Positions 1-11,700 of a stretch of DNA of 64,000 nt are shown in pieces (position 1 is the stretch's first letter; the number at the start of each line of letters is the position of its first letter). Location of the stretch: positions 24,414,225 to 24,478,224 of the forward strand of contig CM120640.1 in assembly GCA_051362555.1 (NCBI GenBank). Reading direction: 5' to 3'. The DNA is from Lingula anatina (taxonomy: Eukaryota > Animalia > Brachiopoda). The notes beneath the pieces are model-generated. The model had not been told where the DNA came from. It was given only the letters and a program-made list of their open reading frames with translations, and did no database searches. The position numbers and the translations under genes were made by a program.

Positions 1-827
1 CACAGGGAATTATCCTTGATAAAAAATTGATACTTTATACTACGTACACAGGAAATTCAATTATCAGTAGCATTTAGATACTGAATATTTTATGTTAGAT
101 TATAGCATGAGATACATGACGAAAACCATTTTATAAACTACAAATGCAATTCTATGTCAGATCTTTAAAATTTTAGATCCCAGTGACTTAGAAATATATA
201 AATCTATACAACCTCCATGTTTGAAAGATAGGCTTTTATATTTTAGAAACCATCCTTAAAATGTGATTTTAAAGGATCATTTCTGAACAACAAGTAGACT
301 GAAGGCTTGTGACATTTAAGCTTAAAACAAAAGAAAACCAATGTCAATGATTAGATGGTAATTTCAGCCTGTTATTTGAATTCACAAAGGCTCCTATCGA
401 TTCCTTTATCATGATTGTGTAAACTTTGTTATAGCAGCATACATTTGTAAAGGCTATGCACTCAATATAGACTCATCAAGTTATTGAGCAATTTTATAAA
501 TGTCAGCAATATATCTAGGCAACAGATTGTCTCACTTATGAACATGTGAAATCAAATTATCAGATATTCTCACTAGTACAGACAGAAGTGTATAAACAGA
601 AGGTAAAACTTGGTTGAATTAGGCTCTTGTCCCAGCATCGTTCTGTTTAAGAAGTTTATATTGGAAGACAAATGTGTGCAGTCAAGTAGCTTAACATGTC
701 TAAACATAGACTTGCATGCCAATCTTTAGCAGCATTAAGAAATCAGTCTTTCTGTGTAAAATCTGATTATTTAACATGATAGCTATATAATCCGGATGTC
801 TGACGGATGACTTATTTTATTTCTCAG

Positions 828-2737
828 CACCAAGCCAGAGTAGTCAAACCTTGAGCAACATGCGTACAGTGGAACTTGAAAGAGATGAACAGGGCTCCTT
901 AGGCATCAGCATTGCAGGAGGCATTGGAAGTCCAATAGGAGACACGCCCGTTTTGATAGCTAATCTTCAACCAAATGGGCCAGCGCAAAAGACAGGAAAA
1001 CTCAAGGTATTTCCACTTTGATTTAACATGTCATGGTTCTGTACTGTACAGAAAAAGAGAACATTTGAATATTGTCAAATCTCCTTTATCTTCAAAATTT
1101 TTAATCACCATTATATTTTTTCCAACTGTTGAATAGCATCTGTGAGTAATTCATTAAAGCAAAATCATTTTATACCTGATTTTAACAGAAAAAAAAATAG
1201 AATTGCTAGTTTTGTATTAAAGAGTTTTCTGTCCTTTTTACATTAGGTTGGTGATCATATCATGAGTATAAATGGTCAACCCACAGAAGGTTTGACTCAT
1301 CATGAAGCAGTCCAGCTTTTGAAACAATTTCAAGGAACTATCTCCTTGGTTGTCACTCAAGGTGAGGGAAAATACATTTAATATTTAACATATAACTAGC
1401 AAGTGTTAAACCTATTTGGACTGAAAGATATTTAATGCAAATTTAAATCTAGAATCAAAATTTTACTTATTACAATCCTTATTTTACTTGAAACCTCAAA
1501 AAAGGGGCTGCTCATGGGATATTTGTTTAAAGCTCCCTATTCCCTTTGCATAAAACCTGTGCTACTGCTCATGTGAAATATGTAATGAATACATTTGTAT
1601 GCAAATTGAAAAGGCAAGGAATGCATGCAACCATACATCTGTAGCAGGTTATTTAAGTCCAGTGTGACAACCACTGGGAGTGCAATTATAATTCTCAGCT
1701 AGACACATCCTGCTCACGTCTAGGCCAGACAGATATGGCCCCATTCTGGCCCACAACAGTTTTCTGTAATTGTTTCATATGGTTTTTATATGAGTGATAT
1801 GATGTCATTGCACATTGACACAAAATGTAAATCAATTGATGTTTATGGTCAAAAGACTAAAATTTATTTTTGAAAATTATATTTTTTCTACATTTATCAT
1901 TTGATGTCAAAAAAATTCACATCTGTGCAATGTTTACTGGGAGGGTATAGAATGCAGTACATGTGGTCTGAAGCTTCTTCAAAATAGTTTTAAACTTGGT
2001 TAGGAGAATTTGTTTATTACCATTTTCTAGAGAAAATACCATATTATATGAGATCTTCAATTATGTGAAATTATTATTGATTTATTTTATTTCAATTTGA
2101 TTTATCTAATCATTTATTTATTTCATTATTTATTGCTTCAGTAACTGCAGTGAGTATTATCAGCGTTTGCTATTGTCACTCTGGGTAACTTTATTCTTCT
2201 CCTTTTCAAAAGGTGAGGATGTTGTATTAGAAGTGAATGGGCACAGCAAAGTGTATGAACTGCCTAGCAACCAGCCAGAGCCAGAGGAAGATATGCCACA
2301 GGAAATATCTGGGTGAGTGACCAGATATTAAATTACATAAGTACAGCAGTATCAGTTTTAACGTATAAGGTTAAGGTGGTGTATTACGTAGTGTTGATAG
2401 AATTTTGGATCAAAACAATATCTATTACATTCAAGCTGATCAGAGATGTCCTATTACATTTTTCAGGCAGCAGCAAGTGAAGACCATATCTCTAGAGCGT
2501 GGGCCAGATGGTCTGGGATTTTCCATCGTTGGAGGGCATGGCAGTCCACATGGAGACCTGCCAATTTATGTGAAAACTGTGTTTGCCAAAGGAGCAGCAG
2601 CAGAAGATGGGAGGCTAAAACGTGGGGATCAGATACAAGCTGTCAATGGAGAAAGTCTAGAAGGAGTTACTCATGAGGAAGCAGTTGCTATTTTAAAGCG
2701 AGCTAAAGGAAAGATTGAATTGACTGTATTAACGTAG
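828..2737 (+). CDS. MPDZ: 3' end of multiple-PDZ-domain protein (MPDZ/PATJ family), last two PDZ domains; exons 828-1006, 1247-1361, 2213-2312, 2467-2737; 5' part lies outside the window
   Basis: GT-AG exons join in frame: ...[49 protein letters not shown]|[26 protein letters not shown]... and [52 protein letters not shown]...TVLT*. The latter closely matches the terminal PDZ domain of MPDZ/PATJ as I recall it. Confidence 0.85.
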
Positions 2738-3954
2738 GTCTACACTGATCTTAAAGATATACAGCAGATAATTTCAAGCCAACAACATTTTTCTGAAAAA
2801 CGTAACATGCATATTTTGTCAGCATTTGTCAAGGTTAAATGTTTCCTCCAATCTTGTTGACAATTAAAGTATTAAAATTTGATCAAAAACATTCACCGAA
2901 TAAAGATTTCAGATAAGTTTTACAAAATTGAGTTACAACTAACTTCATGCGGTTGTGCTCTGTAGACAAACAAAAATCAGATCATGAAGATTATGTTTAA
3001 AATATTGCTATATCATTTTCAAAATAAAGAAAATATCGTAAATATTTAATTATATTAGTATTATTAATATAAGTGAACAGAATGGAAGTGAGGATGGTAA
3101 GAGTAAAGACTGAAGATTTTGCATTTTATCAACAGATCTGAGGTCAGAATGCTTCATTAAAATTTAGACGTCACTATCTTATCAAGTGCATTACAACAAA
3201 CAGGAACTAAGCTGTGGAAGACCTGTAAGATAAATTTATCACAGCTAAAAATTTTATCATCACAAAAAAAAAAAATGCATTGGGAGCACACATACTGTCG
3301 GTATCAGACTTGTCTTCCTAAAGTAAACTTTCCATCCTTAAATGAAGAGACATATAGGAATGAGTATATATCATGAAGACCACACATTTTAAAGATTCAC
3401 CTCCATTAATATCTAGATGACAAAATGATTATAGTGTATAGACATACACTAGGTTGCATTTACTACAGGAAGTACTTGTATTATGTAGTACTAAGAATGA
3501 CTGGTGTTCAGCATTATTTGTCGAGCCAAAGTTGCAAGATTGAATGACATGAACATTACTTGACTTAGTTTATTAGAAATGAAGGTTTTGTTCATTTGAG
3601 ACAACTTGTAGAGTCAAACCAAAGTAAACATTGAGATCACAAGTTTTTTAAATTAAAGATTAATCTTCACTTTTCTCTTGCTGAAAATTTTTATATTAAT
3701 TAGTGATTTTATTTCAATGGGTTGTAAAATTGTCTCTGCTGAAGAGAGGGATGTACATAGTCTGTAAGTATAGTCTGTATATTTTAAATGGATACAGAAG
3801 GTAGCCATCCTTCACAGATGCTTTGCTAGAATAGCTTTTCTCCAATATGTTAAAATGTTAATTTTTTTGTCAGTATTTATGCGAGTATGCACTATCATAA
3901 GTAAAACTTCACTTTTAATAATTTTTCACAAAATACAAAATGTGCAAAACTTGA

Positions 3955-3960
3955 AATAAA
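3955..3960 (+). terminator. Candidate polyadenylation signal of the MPDZ-like gene
   Basis: AATAAA followed about 25 nt later by a GT/T-rich tract (ttttgttctttgtgtt), just before the convergent CCDC152 stop. Other AATAAA hexamers exist in the UTR. Confidence 0.35.
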
Positions 3961-4101
3961 ATTTATCAAAACAGTGAAAACTGATTTTGTTCTTTGTGTT
4001 CACATATTAGATCAAGAAAAAAATCACTTGGTATTAATTAGTCTTAACAAATATTTCTTTTAACTATTGTAATTTATCTTTTATTATGATTATTATTATT
4101 A

Positions 4102-7100
4102 TTACATTCTTTTAAACCTTTTGCTAAGTGGGTACTTGTCACTGGCAGGACTAATGTTGGAGCATGACGCATTTCTTTGGTTCAGTTTTTGTTCTAATAC
4201 CAAAATGGTTCTTTTCAAGGATGAAACTTCCTTTTCATGTTCTTCCTTTATGTGTTTCAGTTTCTGGAAGTTAAAATTTGAAAAGGTGCACTTTTAACTT
4301 AGATTCTTCAATCCTCAAAATTAAGTGAAGGAAAAAAATCTGAAAAAATTTAGACTAAAGCTTTTGCTACCTTGAGCTCACAAGTTATTTCACCATTGTC
4401 AAACTTTTAAATCTAGAATCAAAATGAAATCTGCAATTTTTACCACTGGATTATCATTGCCCTCCCCCCCCCCCCCCCCCCCCTTCAAAATAATGCCTTA
4501 CCTTTCTGAATATCTCACTGCCAGCAGAGTTTCCTTGACCTGTTTGTTGGATTTTGGCATTTTGTTTCTGAATTTTCAGCAATTTTCCATCGTACTTGTA
4601 AAAATGTAAAAACTGATTAAATTTTCCTATAAGGAACTATTGTTCAGTCTTTTCAGAACTTACCTTAACATATTCAAATACCAAGATACTGCTTTGTCTA
4701 AATTTATTTATTTAATTTATTTCATGAGACGTCTAAATGCTACTTTTAAAAAAGAAAATATCCATAACCAAACTGTCCATTAGACATTTTAGTGAAAATT
4801 TCAACAAATTTAAGGTATTCTACAAGATTCCCAAGCCACATCTGAATTGCCACACAAAATATTTTCTCCAACTCGACAGGCCCCTGCACTTGAATTTTCA
4901 GCATTTCTAATTTTCAAGTGACTTAGTTCTTAAGAATCATGATTCATTTAGACAGCCATAGTCTTCCTGACATTTCAGACGAAATAATGACATTGTGTAC
5001 ATTTTAGATGGGTTTTATTATTTTAAAGTTCTGCATTGGGAGGATAAGTAGCTTTGCAGAATATTCGGACAAAAATAATAATGGAAATTTGGAAATTTTC
5101 AAATGCATATAGTATACTCATAATTTAAATGCGAGGTCAAAAAGAAAATGGTTACCTCTGATCTTAGTCCAACTAGTTCTGCCTGTTTATCCTTCTCCAG
5201 CTGTGACATTTGATTTTTCAGTTTCTCAACCAACACCATCTTCTCTGACACAATTGTTTCTAGACGATCAATTTCAGCTTGACCTATTTTAGAATTAAAA
5301 TTCAAATTATAATCCAGATGACTATTAAAACTATTACAGTCTCAAGACATTGTACTGCATTAAACAATACGTCATGTACTGGTTTTATTTTTCACCAAAC
5401 TACTGAAACAGGATCCATGATCAACACTTGAGTATATTTGTTATTTCCACATTTTCTCCCTTAAAATTACAGTTTCTGGACCCAGCAACTGTGCAAATCA
5501 AAACGACTTGCTATAGGGACTCTTTTTCTACTTACACTTTTGCATCACATTTTTTTCAGTAGACGTCAACTCCTGTTGATGCTGATTCATAAGCTCAACC
5601 AATTTTGCTTGCATACTGTCAACTTTTTCTTGGTGATCCTAGGATGAAATTTATTATTGCTACAATTAATGAATAGACTAAGCAACTTAAGACAAATTCC
5701 AAATGCTGAAGATAAAGGGCAGTTTATATGCAGTTCTTTTTTTTATCTTGACATAACTTATTTTCAAAATTATACAGTTTCACAATTTCGTGGTAGTTTT
5801 ATTTACATGGCAAACCTGTGAACCCTCTCCCAATTTTGGGAAATAAATATTGATGTTCAAACTTTTGCTACTTTTCTTAATATTCTTTTAAATACTTTTT
5901 AAATACAGTTTTCTTTCTTACTTCTGGCTTCCCCAATTTGGTCCTGAGATAATCATAACTACCTGATTTCTTTTGATATCATCTTCTTCCATTTCTTTTA
6001 ATCTTTGTTTTAATTTTCTGTTTTCATCTGTTTTCAATTTTGGAAAAAAAGTTACCATTACTTTTCCATTACAGAAATAGTTTAACATATAATATCAAAG
6101 ATCAATATCCTTTTTTAAGTAACTTGTTTTTCCTGGCAATATATAAAGTTGGTTACTGATAGTTTAACAGTCTAAAGATTCATGGTTTTGAAACTTTCTC
6201 GTGTTTGTTCAAGGAATCTTTGGTCCAAAGTATCAATAGCAAATGCTTTCAAAAAAATTAGTACCTTCACAGTCACATCTTTTACTTAAAGATCCTTGAA
6301 TCTGGTCCACCATACATCTCAGGTGCCTTATTTCTTGAGGTGAAAAAAAAAATGAAGCTTAAATTAATGCACTCAATAAACATTAAACCTTTTAGCAAAA
6401 CTTCAACTTTCCATAAAATTTCAGCACCTTTCCCTAAATCTAAAATCACCATATTTTTTTATCCAAAACAGCTTACATAATTATTTCTTAATTATAAGCT
6501 TTTTTCAGTTTCATTCAACTTTCTAGATTCTGGACAGATGTAAATTCTACTGTTTGGTACATGTATGTTCAGTAAGATATATACAGGGTATGCAGGGGCA
6601 GATCCAGGATTATTTGAAGGGGGAGGGGGGGTCCGCGAATGCCAAACCGACTCCCCCCCCTCACTTGGCGTGGGGTTAGGGGCCCATCAGAACATTTTTT
6701 GGTATTTAAGAAGACGACCGGTGCCATTTGGTATGGTTTAGGACTATGATTAAGCTTGTCAAAATTCTAATTTCAAGAGTGGACCAGATACCGAAGGGGG
6801 GGTCTGGACCCCTTGACCCCCCCTCTAAATCCGCCACTGTACAGTATATATGTACCATTTTTCAAAAATGTCTTGCTTTCTTCTGCATCTTCACAACATT
6901 TTCTGAGGATATTAACTTCCTTTTCCAGCAGTTTCTTGTTGGTATCTGTATCAATCATCAGCTGAAATATGTTAACTTTTATTTTAATTTTTTAAAGTGT
7001 AATCCTAGCCAATTAGCGTAAATGACCTGTTTAATATTTATCATTTAAAGAAAAAAATAGACTTAACAAATAAATGTGCTTTAACAAATTTTACATTGGT

Positions 7101-7383
7101 ACATTCTTTTTCTGTAATTGTCTAACCAATGCTAGCACACTCTATATTAACGCTAATTGTCAAATATAGCATGACTAGCAAAATTGATTATGTCGTCTGC
7201 TTTTGCCAATTTACAACTTTCAAGGTTGCATTAATTTTTTAAGCTAAAATGTCTTATCATTATATTATACAAAAAATTGATATTCTGCTATGATACCTTA
7301 TTCCACTGGGCAATTTCTTCTGCAACTGCATCTATATCGACACGCATAACAACCTTTTTCTCAGTTTCGTTACTTTTCGCCAT
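4102..7383 (-). CDS. CCDC152: Coiled-coil domain-containing protein 152-like, about 247 aa; exons 7297-7383, 6856-6961, 5963-6027, 5536-5638, 5156-5283, 4502-4594, 4102-4263
   Basis: Seven phase-compatible GT-AG exons run from MAKSNETEKKVVMRVDIDAVAEEIAQWNK to ...KDKQAELVGLRSE|YDGKLLKIQKQ...SEIFRK|KLKHIKEEHEKEVSSLKRTILVLEQKL...SKRFKRM*. This resembles the recalled human CCDC152 C-terminus (KEKQNEIIKLQLEFDAKLARVQ...IYRRKLQHFQEEKNKEIAILRNTIRDLEQRL). Confidence 0.75.
6593..6839. mobile_element. Non-autonomous hAT-like MITE in a CCDC152 intron
   Basis: GC-rich island with imperfect terminal inverted repeats CAGGGGCAGATCCAG ... CTAAATCCGCCACTG (rc CAGTGGCGGATTTAG) and internal G/C runs. No clean 8-bp TSD was seen. 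Confidence 0.55.
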
Positions 7384-7720
7384 GTTTTGTGGTCCAAACT
7401 TTTCTTTTTATTTTGCAACCGAAAGTGGCGCCATCTATCAATCGTGATTTGAACAACGGAACAAAATCCGAATCATAACTACACGAAGCATACACTCTTG
7501 ATGTCATTTGCCCACTTTTTCGAGACACATTATTAAATTTTCATTTATATATATTACAACGAGAAGCCATCTAGTGTTTCTATATTATCAAATGTATTAT
7601 AATTACCTCAGTTTGGTCATGTTTAATATTTCTTGGTCCCTTGACGAACTGCTGTTATGTGCAGTCGAGCTTCATTCTGTATAGGCGGGTGTTTTGATAA
7701 ATAAGTAAACGTTTCAGTGG
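7384..7720. promoter_or_regulatory. Probable bidirectional promoter region between CCDC152 (-) and SPICE1 (+)
   Basis: Head-to-head genes with locally CpG-richer DNA. TGGCGCCA (E2F-like) at 7426-7433; TTTGAA (CHR-like) at 7448-7453 abutting CAACGG (Myb-like) at 7454-7459; GGCGGG near 7684. Confidence 0.4.
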
Positions 7721-8747
7721 ATCATTTTGAATGGTATGTCACGATTATTGTTTAAGAATGTGTGTTGTCGAGGAATTTATAGTGCAATCAATTTAGCATA
7801 TATGATAGCATGCCTAATATATTATTGTAAAACTATCCAGCATTCAGTTATTTGCGAAATATCTGAATTAATTACCTCTCCAGTTTTGACATTATTAGTA
7901 GTTGTAGTAGTAGTAGTAGTAGTAATAGTAAAGAGGCCTTATTTGTAAATAATTCTTTACTGGAATGTTTAGAAAAATATGTCAGTGAGGGCCAAGAATA
8001 AGATTTTGGTTTTCATTTGAGACTCGGAGGGTAATAGTAGACTTAAAAATTATAAGTATAGTGCTGTTGTGTCGACGTCTTACTAGTAATACCAGTCTGT
8101 AGCATACAAAAGACAAATGCACTTGGCAAAAGACTTTGGGGGTGATTCGAAAAATCAATTGTCAACCTGGGGCGCAACACTAGCCAGCGACACTGTCTTA
8201 TGTACAAACATTTTTTCTTTACCTATAGAAATGGGTGAAATGGGCTGTATCTTAATAATTGTGTAGGCCTTTATTGAAGCATGGTTTTATTCCTCAATGT
8301 TGCTGGCAGGAAGAAAGGGTTCAGGTGTCGAGAAATAATTATCAAGGGAACAAATTGATTTCATCAGTACTAGTATTTCATGGTACAGCCATAACAACCG
8401 GTTAAAAAGGCCAGAGAAATAACCCTTTAGCTGGAGATCCTAACATCTGTTTATGTAAATTATGGATGATATTAAAGGGTCAAATCACCAGTTACATACC
8501 ACAATATCACTGAGTAGACCTACCAGTACTTGAATCCGTGTGTAACACAGGTACAAACTTTAACACCTGAAAGAGCCTTGGAAAACGATTGGACATTACT
8601 ATTTAATCATTTTCCATTAAGTCACAAAGAGACATACAGTAGTATGTCCATTGCAGATTTGTTGCAAATCATTTTATTTTCAGATGTACCTTTTATAGTT
8701 CAAAGTCCTATTGACATCAGTACAATCCATCAACACTAGCAGTCAAG

Positions 8748-11700
8748 ATGTCATTTATGAGAACAACAAAGGCAAAGCGAGCAACACCAGCTCTAAGTCA
8801 TAAAAACAAAGTAAAGAAGAAGCCCAGAAAACCACAGTGGGATGTAAGTACAGGAGGTAGTGGTTTGATGAATAATTAATATTAGCATTTTCATGTTGTA
8901 TTTTTCAAATATCAGTAGATAATTAAATTGAACTAAAAATTAAAAGGCAATATTACGGGAAAATAATGAGTGTTTTATGTGAAATCGCAAACATTTTTTT
9001 CGGATTATACAACTTTTGTATAAAAATTTGAATTAACAAACTAATATAAAAATTTGAAATAACAAACTAAAAGACTGTACAGATTTTTTTCCTTTTATAA
9101 AATTTTGGTTAAATTCACAATTTTTTTAGGATACTGTGAACGATCTAACTGTTTACAAAGCAAGTCCTGAGGAAGTTGTAAGTTTGATGATAAGTCATTT
9201 GAATTGAACAATATATAGTATAGTATATTAAGAAAATCAATTTTTGTTCCATTAAATTGGACTGTATTTATGCAAAATAATTCTTGCCAAATAGATCAGA
9301 AGAAAAAATAAAGCATTACAAACCATTTGATATAATTTGATACTATCACCAACTAGCATTAACAGTGAGTTGAGGAAATAAGTATTTTAATTTGCCCTCT
9401 ATTTAGCAACGAAGAAAGGCAGTTCACAAGTCGAATAATTTAGAGGAAGTTAAGGAAGAACTCCAAAAAAAATCTATTGCAGCTGGTGAGTGAATCTTTG
9501 GGATTTTCAAGTATTTTTTCAAGTTTGATGGTATGTCCTTATGTAATGTGCTCGACTATATCTATAGCATTTTAAATCTTTGCTTTTACTTTTATCCTAA
9601 GCTTTATATTTTTTTACGTTTTTCAAGCAAGGAGAAGGCAGAATTCAAGCAGGACCTCACAGCAATCTGCCTTAATAAAAGAAGTGTTATATGATCAAAG
9701 CCAGGTAAAGTATATGCCTTGAAAGTACATACCATTAATAGTTTCAAGCAATTTTCTGGACATGGACTGATGTATGCTAGTAGGAAGCAGCAACATCAGC
9801 TTTATTGGATATATGGCAAATAAAATAACAGGCTTATCAAATGCTTTTAATACGAGCATTGTTTTCATTTATGGTCACAATAAAATAGTTGCATTGTGAT
9901 TGGTGATATTTTGTATGGTACTGATTGTTAGAACATCTTTATTTTAATAAAATATATTGAAAGTTTAACTTTACAAAGTAATAGTCTGATATACCTGTTG
10001 ATATTTAAATGACTTCATTTTAATATGTTTTTATATTCAAGTTGTTGGATGTGCTCTCGAGATCAGATAGAACTATGGCAGTCGTGAAAGACTTGTTTGG
10101 AGATGCACCACCAGTAAGATTGATAAAAAAATATTTTTTCAACTTCTCATTTTCATACATCATGAAACCCAGTAAGGATCCTTTTGTAAATGAACTGGAT
10201 AGATATGTTTTTGAAAAATGTGTAGCTGTAACAAAGTGACAGAATAAGTTTAAATGATATTTTTGACAGATGTTTTATTTTATGAAATTTTTCAGCGTTA
10301 CAAAGGTATTCCCAACATAACATGTGTACCAGACCAGACAAACCAATCCTTAATGAACAGGTAATGTGAATCACTTGTTTTTCGATAAGCAATGTTTTAA
10401 ATTTTAAACATACATATAGATCATATAGATGGGCGAAACATCAACATCATTCCACGTTTGATTTAAAGGTGAAACTACTTTAATTCACAGCTTCATTTTC
10501 TGAAAAAAAAATGTTATTTGCATTATTTTTTACGTTTAGGTCAGAAGGACTGATATATCAGGAACCAGAAATATCCACCCAGATGGACATGCTCAGTCAG
10601 TCTCATATGGATAAAAGTGCACTGAATGAAATGGATGAGGAACAGTCTGAAGGTACCAAAAGATTTTATTTCACAATTCAAACAAAAAAAAAAACATTTG
10701 GTAAAGCTTTTCTTGTGTGATTATTGGCCCTGAAAAGAGCCTTTAAGAGCAATGATCTACTGAGGAGAGTAGATTCTGGGCTGGGTTTGCAGGAGCATTT
10801 CCATCATTTGTTGCTTTGAGTATTTGGCATGATCATAATAAAGTTGTCGAAGCTGCTCTGCTACAACTATCCTTGTCTTCAAGGTGTAAGTTAAAGACTT
10901 CTTCTTCAGTTTCTTGCCCCTGGAGTAGCGTACTTTCATGTCCTGCAATTTACTGTCAATGAGCTTGATCTGAGCCAAAGCTTTGAAGAACTTGGTTTCT
11001 GTTTCAAAGTACAGGGCAGGTAGTGTGTCAAGTGGGATCCCTGACAACGCAGAGTTCTTGCTTTCCATCCTTTCTGTTGAGTTACAATGTATTTGGTGTT
11101 CTCTTAATGATGGTCAGAGAATGAGTATCGAATAAGGAGAATCCAGCTTTATATATACAGCTGGATTCAAGAAATGACACCTGGTGCCATCCCAAGGGAA
11201 AAATCTTGGTTGCTATGGAAATAGAGTAGGTGTCACTGGGTATAACAGGTTGACCTGAGGAGATGATAATGATCAGAAGTTAATGAGTTAATGACCACTA
11301 TAAGGACTAATCAGGACTGTTGTAGCAGTAACCAGATTATTAACTAATTCATTAAACTGGAGAAAAGAACCAGAGGTTAAGTGGGATCTGATATCAGATA
11401 AAGTTAAATGTTTTCCAGACCAAATCTGATAAAATTTATTCAGGAATTCTTAATGTTAACAAAAATCCTTAGGTATTTGGCATCATTCTTTTGGCCTCAG
11501 GCAAGATTTTGCCTAGTAACGGCTGATGCTTATCCCAGCTGAGCAATGATCCACAGCTACCCATTCACTTGTTGTTATTAATTATCTAAGGTGGACATGT
11601 TAAGGGTATATTTGTACTGTCCATGTTTAAATCTGTACCTTAGTCTTTCCTCTCTCTTCCAGCAGTCTTGTGCTGTTAGCAGTTATCAAAATGTGTCATA

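Noticed and set aside
6476-6529. Possible extra CCDC152 exon (CAG...GTAAGC on the minus strand)
   Set aside because: It has an in-frame TAA in the required phase, and the flanking exons already join in frame without it.
4080-7930. (TTA)n near 4081, poly-C near 4465, (GTA)n near 7897 and the ORFs spanning them
   Set aside because: Simple sequence repeats; the poly-Pro and poly-Val ORFs are artefacts.
10757-11068. The 103-aa length equals histone H4, suggesting a true histone cluster
   Set aside because: There is no H4, H3, H2A, H2B or H1 signature and no G/K/R-rich tail, so the length match appears coincidental. A remote fold relationship cannot be excluded without structure prediction.
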